Shown here piece after piece: positions 38,749 through 51,646 of a stretch of DNA of 64,000 nt (the first letter of the stretch is position 1; every line of letters starts with the position of its first letter). Origin of the DNA: Marsupella aquatica (Eukaryota > Plantae > Marchantiophyta); assembly GCA_973895155.1 (NCBI GenBank), contig OZ316894.1:20838451-20902450 (forward strand). The letters run 5' to 3'. Under the pieces are notes generated by a model. The model saw only the letters and a list, made by a program, of their open reading frames with translations. It made no database searches and was not told the origin of the DNA. The position numbers and the translations under genes are program-made.

Positions 38749-41700
38749 ATGATTGAATTCAGAAGGGACATGGCTGGACGGCGATTATGGGGAATGAGTA
38801 TGGGGTCAACAATCTTCTGGCTAGCAGGCTTGTCTCTTCTGGTGTGTTCAGTTTTTCCAGCTGAAGCAGTGACGACTAATCCAACCGACCAGCAGGTTCT
38901 CAATGACTTCATGAAAGGTATCAGTCCTTCGACTCGGGGCAATTTGCAATGGTCAGGAACTGATGCGTGTTCATCTTGGCCACACATTAAGTGCATTGCC
39001 GGGTCGGTCACTGCTCTCCAGGTGGGCGACTTGCAGCTCAGCGGGACTGTCACACAAACCTTGAACCAGATGACCAGTCTCACGAGGTTGGAGCTGCAAG
39101 GCAACAGTCTGAGCGGCACTTTGCCTACTCTGAAGGGGATGGCCTCGTTGAACACGGTCTTTCTCTCTAACAATAACTTCGACACGATTCCTGGTGACTT
39201 TTTCGAGGGCCTTACTGGTCTCCAGTCTCTGTATATGGAGTCCTTGACTTTAAACGGGACGAACCGGTGGAGTCTTCCGGACATTTCTTATTGTACTTCA
39301 CTCACAAATTTGTCACTGACCCAGGCTAACCTTGCCGGACCGATCCCCGAATTCCTAGGGTTAATGCCGAGCTTGAGAGTGCTCAATTTGGCTTACAATT
39401 TTTTCACAGGTGGCTTGCCTGCGTCGTTTAGTAATTCCCGTCTGAGTCAATTAGAGGTGAATAATATGGGACTCAGTGGATCGATCACCGTCGTAGGCAG
39501 TATGGTGAACTTGGTCCAGCTCTGGCTCCAAGTGACTCAGTTTAGTGGCCCGATACCTATTGGTCTTTGCGATGCTTCTAGCCTAACGTCTCTCCGACTC
39601 AACGACGCCACTTTTGTGGGTCAGATTCCTTATTGCTTCGCTAGCTTGCCTCTTACAGATTTGACAGTAAAAAATAACCAATTGGTCGGTCCCATTCCTC
39701 CGTTCAAGAACAATCCCATCGTTGACATGACTGGCAATCAGTTCTGCCAGACCACTCCAGGAACACCTTGTGATGCTCAGGTGACTGCCTTACTTGGATT
39801 CTTGGATGGCGTAGCCTACAGTCCGGTGACTTTGGCTACGACCTGGGGTGGCAATGACGCCTGCACGAATTGGATGGGAGTCACCTGTGTGGGCAAAACG
39901 GTCACTGTTCTCTCGTTGCCGAGCACAAAGCTATCTGGAAATATCTCTTCCACTTTGGGGGACCTCTCCGGTCTTCAGACATTGAAGTTGCCCGACAACA
40001 ATCTTACCGATGTCATTCCCAGCTCACTGGCAGCCCTGAAGAGCATTGTAACTGTGGATGTGAGCAACAACAATCTTTCTCCTCCCGTACCCATATTCGG
40101 CCCGGGGGTGAAATTGACCGACTCTGGCAACCCACTGCTGCTGTCTCCTCCCACTCCCACACCGCCAGCACCGAGCACACCTGGAACTCCGACATCTCCT
40201 TCACCCCCTGCGACATCTCCTTCACCCCCTGCGACATCTCCTTCACCCCCTGCGACATCTATTCCTCCCGGAGTTCCATCCCCACCTGCGACATCGTCGC
40301 CTCCCGGTGTTCCATCCCCACCTGCTCCTGGAAATCCAGCCACTGGCACTCCATCCTCAAGCAACGGCACAGCACCTGGTGCTGGAGGTAGTGGATCTAA
40401 GTCCAATATAACAGGCGTCATCGTTGGCGTGGTAGCTGGTGTGGCAGCGGTGGTTATATTGGCTGTTATTGGATTCTGCTGCATTTACAGGAGGAAGAGG
40501 AAAAATCTTTTGAGTCTCCAGGGCACCAACACTGTGCTGGTTCACCCCCGCGACTCAGGCGCAGAACCAGAAGTCGTGAAGATTTTGGTGAACAATAGCC
40601 ACCAACCCAACAGTGTGGCCGATGTGAGCCATGCCAGTAGTGGCCCCAGCGAAATCCAGGTCGTAGACGCCGGCAATCTGGTGATATCAATCCAGGTTTT
40701 GAGAAGGGTGACCAAGAATTTCAGCGAAGAGAATGTGCTGGGCCGTGGGGGCTTCGGGGTGGTCTACAAGGGAGAGCTGGAGGATGGGACCAAGATTGCA
40801 GTGAAGAGAATGGAAGCTGCGGTCGTCAGCAGTAAAGGCTTGAGCGAGTTCCAGGCAGAGATTGCTGTGCTGACGAAAGTTCGCCACAGACATTTGGTGG
40901 CATTATTGGGATACTGCGCCGATGGTAACGAGAGGCTGCTGGTGTATGAGTACATGCCTCAGGGGACTCTGAGCCAACACATTTTTGAGCACAAGAAGTT
41001 GGGTTTGAAGCCAATGGATTGGAAGAGGAGGTTGTCCATTGCTCTGGATGTTGCCCGAGGCATGGAATACCTTCACGGACTAGCCCATAAGAGCTTCATT
41101 CACCGAGATCTGAAGCCGAGTAATATTCTTCTCGGCGATGATTTCCGGGCCAAGGTGTCCGATTTCGGATTGGTAAAACTGGCTCCTGATGGGAAGTTTT
41201 CAGTGGAAACGAGACTTGCCGGCACTTTTGGCTATCTTGCTCCTGAATATGCAGGTGAACATTTGTCTCTTTCTGTCCAACTATAAATTGGCTTTGCGTG
41301 AAAAGTTTGGTTCGTCATTTTACTTGAAATCCAGGAGCCTGCTTTTCCTGTCGTCACTGTTTCTCTTTATGCTATGGATATTTCTCTAACGCGGTATAGC
41401 TCAGTAGCTGTTGAACCTGGCGTTGATGTTGACAAAGCGGTCCTTGATGCGAACTCATCGTATAGCGTTCTATTTGACGCCCTACTGTTGTCCGGTGTAG
41501 GATGTAGTGGAGATATGGGATTCAGCACATATTTCGTATGATACCTAGTCCGTAACTCCTCTCATTTGTGATTTGAATTGTGGTGAGGTGAAGGCAGAAA
41601 GACGATTCGAAATGCTTGTGTTGAGTGTTGGTGTTTATTGTTTACTCTTGCAGTCACCGGACGTGTGACTACAAAGGCGGATGTGTTCAGCTTCGGGGTG

Positions 41701-42174
41701 GTGTTGATGGAACTCATCACGGGTCGCAGGGCACTTGACGAGACGCAGGCAGAAGAAAATATGCATTTGGTTACCTGGTTTAGGCGCATGAATGCGAATA
41801 AAGACTCTTTTATCAGCGCTATTGATCCAGTTTTGGAGGTGACAGACGCGTCGTCTGATTGCTTCAGGGGTATTTTGACTATAGCAGAGTTAGCAGGGCA
41901 TTGCACAGCACGAGAGCCTTACCAGCGCCCTGACATGGGCCATGCAGTGAATGTTCTGGCTCCACTGGTGGAGCAGTGGAAACCCACTGATCTAGATGAG
42001 AACGAAGGAGGTATTGATCTTGAGATGACATTGCCCCAAGCATTGAAACAATGGCAGATGTATGAGGACGCGTCAATGAGTGGGTTGGACGGTGGGTTGG
42101 ATGACACGAAGGCAAGTCTTCCTACTCGGCCTACAGGCTTTGCCGAGTCTTTCACGTCAGCTGACGGACGTTGA
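38749..42174 (+). CDS. TMK: TMK/BARK-type LRR receptor-like kinase (LRR-IX), 2 coding exons
   Basis: Exon 1 is 38749 (or ATG 38770) to 41254, the GT-AG intron is 41255-41653 and exon 2 is 41654-42174. The protein has a signal peptide, two LRR blocks split by a Cys-containing non-LRR island (FC...C...W.GND.C..W.GV.C), a Pro-rich stalk and a TM helix. Kinase motifs [20 protein letters not shown] and APEY are present, with the TMK-type tail [17 protein letters not shown]. Confidence 0.95.
40190..40330 (+). repeat. In-frame 21 bp (PATSPSP) and 30 bp repeats in the kinase's extracellular stalk
   Basis: cgacatctccttcaccccctg occurs three times, followed by two PPGVPSPPA units. Confidence 0.9.
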
Positions 42175-44473
42175 GCTATCCCTGAAGCGTCTGAATACCC
42201 AAGTTCCTTTAAAGCCTATGTTTCTCTTTCCTACCTGGAGGCAGAATGTCTATAGCTACATGCATAGCATTCTCCCTACCTGGCTATGGCGGATTTAATC
42301 GCTCAAGTCTGGTCTCATGCCTTCTTCGGCCTTGAAGATGGTTCATAGAAACACCTTACCTCATGTTTATGCTATCCAGTTCGCTCTGTGCTATGTGATA
42401 AGTCATCACAGAACAATGGTAGGGGTGAAAGAAAGGCAAGCTCAGCCAAAAGTGATTTGGCCATGATGAACGTTTTTTCCTTTCTCTCGTACATCCCGTC
42501 AATCTTCATTCTGAAAGGTGGTACTTGGCAAGTTAATGTGTAGGGACACTGTGTCGCATAGAAAACTTATTGCTCAAACGTGGGGACTAGCTGATTCCCC
42601 ACAGGTATTTGAATATTGTTTTCGTTTTTTTTCTGGGGGGGGCTCATTCTGACTCGACTGCGTCGTGGTTATAGCAAAGAACTTGCAGTGTATTCTACAG
42701 CCAGAAGGGACTTAACGTTCATTCTCGTTAAGTTAAAGTTGTCGGATTGTTCTGGTTAGAATAAATTGGTACAAAACGGAATTACAATGGGCAGACGGCT
42801 GATTCACCAGCCTCCCACTTTTCTCCATAGCAGATAGAGCATTTAGAGAAATTGCAGTCGATGTCTCTAGGTGGGTGCGTTGATGCGACACTTACACCGT
42901 GTTGATGCCATCAACTAGGAGGGTCGAATTCTTTTGGATAGATTTAGTTACTCGGAAATCCGTACCAGGTCTCTTACCTGTTTAGTCACTAGGTGTGAAC
43001 TTGTAAGATATGTACGGGTGAGCAGCGTTTTTTGGAATGCCTCCAATGAAGGGGTCTTCTAGGAGAGACTATGACTCAAAGTCTGGCTTAGGAACATTAC
43101 GGTGTTGAATATTGTTACCGACCTCATCGATGTCTGCACTGGTTTTTTACTTTTGACCTCTCGTCCAGGCCCATACATCCTTCGTAGGTTGAAAGTATCA
43201 GAAGCAATTTTAACCCTGCAAGTCGCGAGAGCTGGGCTTCATGGCTGCCTCGTCGGTGAAGATGACTTCCGAAATCCATTGTAGACGCTTGTTTTGCCTC
43301 GTTCTGTTTGTCTCTGCGAGTGTCTACCTGTGCGTTCTTCATTTAGTGGTAGTGATGAATGACTAAGTTAGGGTTGGGTGGGGAATGATACGACTGCTTT
43401 TGGTCTCAATAGAAAGCAAACTTCAAGTTCTTCAACTATCGTCTCCTGTTTGCAGGTGAGTCTCCTAGGTGATGGGGGGAGGAAGGGCCAAGGGCAAATC
43501 TCAAAGCTCTTTTCAAAGATATCACCGTGAAACAAACATAGTGTCTTACTCCATTCCCTGTATGTGCCACAGTTCGTCTTGCTTGCCGTTTGTAAGTCAT
43601 AAGTGTTCCCTACTGAGATGGTATCCCAGGTGCATTCTTCATGCACTGTTTCATCGAGACTCGTAGCTGGACCTGACACTCAACCCAAGCTAAATCTAAG
43701 TTGCTTTCTGGATAATTGTGTTCTGGGCTCTTCTTTTTCCAGGCCGGTACAGTGATCTTAGTGTTAGGTGTTTCCTTGGGGAGGCTTTTCTCCCAATCAC
43801 ATTTTGGAGCCAATTTCTAACCGGGAATCGATAGAGAAGTCTACTAACCCTTCCAACCTGACGAGGTACTCCTTTGTCACGTAACCATTAGTATACTCAA
43901 GTCTCGATCTAGGGATGCTGTTAATGTGGAGACCTCGCCTACCGTTAAACGTGAAGCCATTGCAGGGGAGACCACAAAGGGCATAGCAACATCCCCATCA
44001 CTGTAACGAAGAGCTCTATCTGGGAACTGGAAGTCCGATTGGATTTTGGGAAGATCTAATCACTGTTGTTCTTGTACATCATGGGGCCACACCAAGTGTT
44101 GTTTCGATTTGCTTGCAGCTTTTATCTCGGATCACGCTGCAACATTTGAAACTCCTATGAGTGCAGCCATCTCTTTAGCATACATAAGGCTTGTTTTACC
44201 TCACATCACGAAAACCACATTTGCCCTTTGTTGTGAGAGCAGTGAGCTCCACCCCTAAATATTTATATACAAGACTGCTATATAAATCACCTGACAAAGT
44301 TTGTGGGCCTGAGAACAAAAGGAATACCCCTCCCAGAACGGTCCATTCCATTAGGGAGGATATGGCTCACAATTCATTTAAAAAAAAACTGAACTTGTAA
44401 GTTGCACTTTGGAGATGTAGATCAGATTTTGAAAAATATATCTTTAGTCAATCAACGTGTAGGATCTAAGAAA

Positions 44474-44777
44474 CGACCAGATTTTTGTGACATTGGAATG
44501 TAGTGACTGTTGGATTGCAAGGATTAAACTTGACAATGAAAACAAAATGACGACCAGAGTTTTGTGACATTGGAATGTAGTGGCTATTGGGTTGCAAGGA
44601 TTAAAGGTGACAATGAAAACAAAATGACGACCAGATTTTTGTGACATTGGAATGTAGTGACTATTGGGTTGCAAGGATTAAAGGTGACAAGGAAAACAAC
44701 ATGACGACCAGATTTTTGTGACATTGGAATGTAGTGACTATTGGGTTGCAAGGATTAAAGGTGACAATGAAAACAAG
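44474..44777. repeat. Minisatellite, 4 x ~77 bp
   Basis: The unit cgaccagatttttgtgacattggaatgtagtgactattgggttgcaaggattaaaggtgacaatgaaaacaaaatga is repeated four times. Confidence 0.95.
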
Positions 44778-45039
44778 CCTCATGTGAGCTTAAGGTACTG
44801 CCACATAAAAGCTCCCACCAAGGTTCATTTGACATCAATTGGATGGCATTATCCTCCAACTTGTTTACTCCGATGCATTGGGCTAACTTTTTTACAAAGT
44901 ATTAGGCGGTTTGGGTCCAAGTTGTCGACTCCGATGCATTGGACTAAATTTTGTACAAAACATTTGGTGGTTTGGGGCATGATTGGATGGAAAACCTTTA
45001 GTAGATTTACAGCCTGTCCCTTTTATCATTTGATCACTC

Positions 45040-45562
45040 TTCAAATGGTAGGAAATTGCATACCATTGGCCAAAATACCAATAGGCGCGTGGGTACAAAA
45101 CATTGAAAGGAACCCAGGTCAAGGTGCAAAGTTGACTCAAGCTGTGTAACATTTGCTCAAATAATTAAGAAGGTTGAGAATACACTAAACAACAATGTTC
45201 TAACCTTCAGGTGTTGACAAACTATTCTAACATTTGCTCAAATAATTAAGAACGTTGAGAATACACTAAATAACAATGTTGTGACCTTCAGGTGTTGACA
45301 AACTATTCTAACATTTGCTCAAATAATTAAGAGCGTTGAGAATACACGAAACAACAATGTTGTGACCTTCAGGTGTTGACAAACTATTCGATTCCCGACA
45401 CAGAGCTACTATTGGTACAGTTCCCAATCTAAATCATGGTAAATATAAGCTTAAAAATGCGGGACAAAGCCGGTGGTTAGGCAGACGCCCCATCGTTTGG
45501 GGTGTGGCTGTAAATCCAATTGATCATCCTCATGGAGGCAGTGAAGGATGCACTAAAGGAGA
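45040..45562 (+). pseudogene. rpl2: Mitochondrial-type rpl2 fragment (NUMT) with an internal ~81 bp triplication
   Basis: Translates piecewise to VGNCIPLAKIPIGAWVQNIERNPGQGAKLTQA / FAQIIKKVENT / PSGVDKLFDSRHRATIGTVPNLNHGKYKLKNAGQSRWLGRRPIVWGVAVNPIDHPHGGSEGCTKG, the C-terminal domain of uL2. It carries stops and a triplication at 45147-45389. Confidence 0.88.
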
Positions 45563-45849
45563 CCTTCCTCCTCAAGTGGAACCTTCCCAGGCTCCATCCA
45601 TAAATTTTGAGAGGCTAGAAGTCTCTGAAGAATCATCCCATTATTAAGATAGGGTGGAAAGAGGGCACAGGGAGGGAGGGTCTGCTTGACGAGAGGAAGG
45701 GATGGGAGGAGGCCGGCAGGAGTCATGGATTATGGATGGAAGAAGAGTGGCTGCCCACTGCCCAGGCGATGGCCGTGCTGTGCGGAAGGGGATTTTAGCA
45801 CCAACAGTTCTGCGCATGAGGCATGCACGCAGGGAGGAAGGTCGGGCTC

Positions 45850-48169
45850 GCTAGCTCAGTGGGTAGAAAGTGCAAATTTTCGAACATCTCATAGTAACAG
45901 AAAAAGGAGGCCTCAATCCAAAGCCTGATAAGAATTCCTGCCAGATTATCATAAGTGGAGCGTATTGAAGTGTTAGATGGATTAAATTTACGACTACCAT
46001 GAACCGATTGATTTCCTCTAGCTGCATGTCATTGAGGAGGAACAGCCTGTGCGGTGACCATGTTCCCAACATTCTGCTCCTTGAGCCCTTCAGTAGAGGG
46101 CATTATTGAGAAAGTGAACTGAAGTGTGAAGAACATGTGCATTATCGAATCAGGAAGCAAAAGCCTGAAATCTTTGTGCCACTTTTGAATTTTGAAAAGT
46201 ATTCCACCTGGACAAAGAGCCAAAACAGCACCAAAAGTAGATGAATTTACGGGTTGCAGAGTAACATCCTATTCAAGACCGTTCTTGTAGACCACCATTC
46301 ACATCAAACTTATGCTGTATAACGCTTGGCGAGACTGTGCTCAATTTGCCCTTATTTATGAACTAGCAGGGAAACCTAAACCCACAGGAGAACAAACCTA
46401 ATTACCAAAAGTACATGAACATGGAAAACAAATAGTATCATAAATCAGCGAAGACACCCTATTTGAGGAGGCAGGTAGGAAAAGCATGGCAAGTACTCGA
46501 CGTCATTGACACAATGCTGTGCGCAAACTTACATGCAGGCTGCCTTCTGAACCACCAACAGCCAGGACAAATGGAAGATCCTTGCAAAACGATGAAAGAA
46601 AATACAGTACCCTGAGCAGGCACAACCTACACTTTAGTTTTCGAAGAACTCTTAGCATCCAAACCAAAACAAATCACGCTATCCAGATCCTTGATTCAAC
46701 TTAGAACCGCCTTTAAACCAATTAATGGAAACAGAATATGGTACTAGAATAATCCCTACCCTCCCTGTAATAAAACGATGGCCAAAGGGAAACTAGTATT
46801 ACTTTGACTAGAGAAAACTAAACATTTCTTAGCAGACTTCTCCACCAAGCGGACTGGATTTCTGACCTTCACCTCAATCGTACTCGTATTCTAGAACACA
46901 CAGGCCACGAGTAACCTCCACATCTATATATAAACCGTTCACCACATTACAATGGACTTACAATAGAACAAAGGACTCACCACTTTCGGATTTCGGAACC
47001 AATGGAAGTCGGCTGGTTGTTTGTTAGATCCCACAACTTAACCTGGGAAGAAAGAGGAACGACATTTTCAGACCCCACTTTGAGCACTTCTAGAAACAGA
47101 AAAATGACTGACGTTTGAGTCATATCTGGAAATGGAACGTCAAGAATTGAATCACAAGAATCTCTTGACGTGCAGCCTGAGCTGGTAAAACATGTTAACG
47201 TTGCCAAGTTGTATGTGGCTGAAAGAATAAGCTATGGAACAAAAAAGAATACGAGGGGGAGAGAGACCGTCTTATCCATTGATCCCGTTGCCAGTAGCTG
47301 AAGAAAGGAGCATCAGAAAGCAGCATCCATCCACCCACAAACACCAGAAGTGAGAACGCATTAGCTTCGAACCAAGGCAACAATCAATCTCCCGAGGTCA
47401 AACATCTGATTCAGTCAAAAGTCCCCAACATACGTAGCTAGAAAAATCCAACACATCTTGAGAGAACTTACATTTGGGACAACCACATTGTAGGAGACGC
47501 AACAGGGCGTGTATTGTGTGACAGCCTTTGCTGGAGACCCTGCGTAGCTGAGCCCCCGATACGATTATCATGACCTCGAACTGTTCCATCTTCCAGGCTA
47601 ACCTGAAATGAACAAAGAGGTGCAGACAATATTTACTGAATTGTCTCCGATAAATAGCAGTTCCACATCACTCTACTTACACTTATGTCCTTCATCACAA
47701 AAGCTTTGGGAGTCAAGCCCTAGTACTGAACTGTTGGAGTACGCTGCACGCAAGTCATGAGCGTCACGAGAGTCACAAGAACGAGCAGTCAGGAAAATCT
47801 GAAATCATATCCGTGACAGTTTCCAGAGGGAATTGTTCACAGATTTGAATCCCGATCTGGCATTCCCATCAAACAGCATGACATGAATTGAGTTGTCGGT
47901 ATAGTCATTGTCACAACAACACTCCCCGTTTAATTAAATTAAATATTAACTTGGATTTCCAATTGGTGAAAGAATGTCAAGAGACAAGTGAGGAACTGTC
48001 CAACCCACAGAAGTTCTACTTAGGTTTAAAAAACTTCTTCGTATACTTTGTGCCATTGTTGGAATAAATGGGTGGAATTAGCAGAACCTTCGGCAACTGC
48101 TTAAGGAGACAGAAGCGGCAGGAAGAAAGCCAAGATACTAAGGGGGCAGGAATTACCACAAAAGAGTGC
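45850..48169 (-). pseudogene. Inverted, degenerate genomic copy of the PWP1 3' half (end of exon 10 to exon 15, with introns) plus 3' flank
   Basis: Reverse complement of about 55643-57630 and 58190-58470. Introns are retained, there are indels in the exon 11 and exon 15 copies, and about 560 bp of the 3' flank is missing. Confidence 0.92.
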
Positions 48170-49681
48170 CCTCTGCAAGAATCTCACGCAAGACTTTGAA
48201 TGCCCATCCGAGGATTACTTGTGCTGCTAATTCGAACATGTGGTTGGAATGCAGAATGAAATTGTTCATAAAAACGAGGATTATCCGCTTTGAAGAAACA
48301 GCTCGGTCGAGAAGTCTACCGTTCTGTAACAACCGCACTTCTAGAGCTTGAGGAGTACAATGCAAGTGGCCGGTATCCCGTTCCTGTAGCGTGGCGTTTT
48401 GAAGAATCCGGAAAGGAGTTTGAAGGAGACTGTTGCATGCTTTGGAAAAATAATTGAGACTCTTCTGTTGGATACGAAAGCCTCTAGAAAGAAATCTCGA
48501 AATTGAAGCTTTTCTGGTCCAGAACATGTGCCGGGGTGTCCCGACCCTGACAATGCAATAGCACGGTTCTTCACTGCCATCTGTAAAAGTCGCCATAGTA
48601 TGCAGGATTTTATTGGAACCTGCATAAAAACTTTGACCCTTCTAACTTGAACGTGCTTTTTAAAGACACGCCTGCTTTCAACAGAGAACAATCGGAACCC
48701 AGTAATTACATGAGCTCTCTATACCAGCTTTGCTTGTACCTTGAGGCTGTCTCCTTTTATGCTGGAAAACCAGATAGTCCATCGGGTTTGCTCATGGCAG
48801 TTTGAAATCGTATCATATGGTGAAGCTGTTGGAGCTCAGTGTGAACCAGTGGAATCAAGTTTCTGATTTCTCTTTGGGCGTGATGTATCTCCAGTTACCG
48901 TTTTATTCACAGATTACATATATGTTTTGCCTACACTGATTCATTTTCAAGAAGCGGTGTGACAGACAATGACTGATTTTGTAGCAGAGTGGCAAGTCTA
49001 CTTGCAACTGGGGCATTGCTCTTTGAAGTAGTGAACGACTTCATGAAAACAGGATTCGTCCTGTCTCCCAGCGTCATGGTTGTTTCTTCCACGCTTTTGA
49101 TGATCTTAACTTCATTGGTCAAGCATTCATTTTCTTCGTCGAAGACAGACTCGTTGATTGGTAGTTCTTGAGTGATGTCATATGCGAAGGTCTCCACGTC
49201 TCCATCCACGACTACAAAGTTGAGGTTTCAGTTTCATTCTATTTCATTCCCCAAGTTCTAAAGGGCATTACTTCCTCGGGGCACATGTAACAATTTTCCC
49301 TGACCAGAACCTCTGTATTGCATCGACTCTTACGAAAGAATGTGCAGGGTACAGCTACATGCTACAGAAACCCAGATCTACCACTATACTGGCACAATGA
49401 TCACGCTAGCTACAGACGATGTAAGACTGCAGACTGGTGGGCTTTGAAGTCGCAGTCAAACGGGTAACAAAGACTAATTCAAATCTACGGTTGGAATTAA
49501 AGCTGCACATATGCTTGAAACGTTCAGCTCAAGTAACCAGTTTGCAACGAAGCAAGCCCAGCTCAAAACGCTAAAGTGCATCCAAGTCTGGCTTCTATCC
49601 CGAGCTCGCGCCCAGATCAGCCTCATTGAGTTCTCAACTTGTGCTCGCGCCCACCTAGATCAGCCTCATTGAGTTCTCAAC

Positions 49682-50065
49682 TCATACTATAGAATGGAGG
49701 AAGCACTCCGAGGGCGAAACACCCATATTGACATGAAGCGGAGCAACCGGCCAAGTTGGGCTGCGAGTTCTGGAACGACAAGGTACACCGTATGCGGCTG
49801 TGTAGACGGTGACGTACGAGTTGGGGTCCCAGGTCAGTGCAGCGCCGGGGCTGCGATTGAGGTGGAAAAGGCCATCGCTGCTGGCATAGCCGTCGACGGA
49901 GCGTACTGGGGTGTTCGAATTGTTATCATACAGAGCCATTGCGGCGTGGCCAGGGTTACCTGCATAGAAGCATGGTCCGAAATTGACACAGCCGTGAGCT
50001 GTGGATGCGAGCATGAACATCGAGGCGAGGACTGAGAGAGTGGTGAGGAGAGATTTGGGATTCAT
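49682..50065 (-). CDS. Small secreted Cys-containing protein, intronless, probably frameshifted
   Basis: Signal peptide MNPKSLLTTLSVLASMFMLASTAHG|CVNF. An alternative frame after YG gives TLSFQNSQPNLAGCSASCQYGCFALG. Confidence 0.55.
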   Translation of the reverse strand: MNPKSLLTTLSVLASMFMLASTAHGCVNFGPCFYAGNPGHAAMALYDNNSNTPVRSVDGYASSDGLFHLNRSPGAALTWDPNSYVTVYTAAYGVPCRSRTRSPTWPVAPLHVNMGVSPSECFLHSIV

Positions 50066-50601
50066 TTCACGAACCAGTAGAATCTGATGGTCTTCCTGAA
50101 AAGTCTCTGAGCTCTGTTGCGAGGAGAGATCCACAAAAAAGAGGGGATTGAGGGGCAAACGACATATCCAAGCAAAGAAAATTGGCTACAGGGGTACTGA
50201 GTGGACTTATACTGATGAGCTCAATGTTGAAAACCGAGAGCGGTCATGGTATTTATATGTGGTGATAAATAGAAACAACCCGGATTTTAATCTGCAATCA
50301 ATCAAGCGTAGTGAGTATGCCTCGGATAGAAGATACCGACTACGTTGTTTTGCCTTCAGGCCGAAAACAGTCGCATCCATGAAATAGACGTTATGCTCTG
50401 GAGCATGCAATTCTGTAGGGTAGTGACAAGGGGCACGATACCCAATATCCAACAGACCCATTCAAGAGAGAATAGGTGTTCTGCTCTAGAGCATGCAATT
50501 CCGTAAGGTAGTCAATCCAACAGGAACCCGGGCCCCGTAGTCTCATGATTCACAGCATCCACTGCGTTGGACATGCCCGCCTTATAAAGTGCGCCAGTAG
50601 C

Positions 50602-51646
50602 GTAGGTCTCCTTTGCATCAATTCGGTTGATTGTCTCTCTGGTTGTTCCCAATCGAAAAGTGCTCTGAAGCTACAAAATGCAGAGCTGCTCGAGAGCTTG
50701 TGGGCCACCGCATCTGGACGCCATGATTGCATCAGAAATCAGCGGGCTCCATCACAATTTGGCATTCTGGCCTCAACAAAAAGTAATGTAGTGCCTAGTG
50801 CCTCGACGTCCAACAACCACAGCGGGTCTACCGAATCAACAAACTCATTCTCTCTCCGAATCGATTTTGCCTCCCCCCCGCATTCATCCATGGGCAGTTC
50901 AGACACAGTGGGGCTTCGCTCCAGTGCTGCGGCGATGAAATTCGTGGAACAGGAATGGGATGAGGCGAGACGAGACGAGACGAGACGAGAGTGAAAAATG
51001 ACAGTAGATTTGGGGTTGGGAGACCGAAACTAGGCGAGTTATAAGTTCGGTTCATCGGTGAATTGGGACGTGGAGGGAGCGAAGGCCGCTCGCGCGCGAT
51101 ATATTAAACCATAAGTTTCGCGACGTGCTAAAAGTGAAGTATATAAACGTGACTAGAGTGTTGTCTTCCGTTAAGTCTCCTGAAAGCGGGTTAACGCCTC
51201 TCCGAGTGCGGTACCTCCTCTTGAGGCCCGGGACAGGCGCAAGCCGTGTCCGGGGTTTCTCGGAGCCCGGTGGTAGTCTTTTGTCTTTGAACCACGATGC
51301 GTCTATCGAAGCAGCATGTACGAAAGGGCCAGAAGCGCGCTATAGATAAGGTCCGTGCCTCCACTCGGTGCTGTAAGACAATTCTCGGCCGGCCAACAAT
51401 GTCCCGGCCATGTGGTAGCCAATATATATGAGGGACATCCCGGATACCATGGGTAGGGATCAGGTTACTCCTAGTGGCCTTGAGGGAAAGGGCCGTGTGC
51501 TGGAACTTAACATTTTTTGCTCTTTTTTGGTCGTGGATTTGGCTAGTCCTAGTGCTCTCGTGGGAAACTAAGGGCCGCGCGTTGGAACTTAGCAAGTTTT
51601 TGCCTACTATTGTTCTCATGGGGAAGGGCCATGTGCGTTGGAAACT
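50602..51646 (-). repeat. Left arm of a ~1 kb inverted repeat (partner 58558-59562); promoter/5' UTR-like
   Basis: Reverse complement of 58558-59562, nearly identical over 51000-51646 and with more indels toward the outer end. Includes a (GAGAC)n tract. Confidence 0.95.

Noticed and set aside
38634-41014. Antisense and alternative-frame ORFs over the LRR kinase
   Set aside because: They are shadow frames of the real CDS and its Pro-rich repeats.
44474-44777. Regular array as a possible CRISPR
   Set aside because: The whole 77 bp unit repeats with no variable spacer, so it is a minisatellite.
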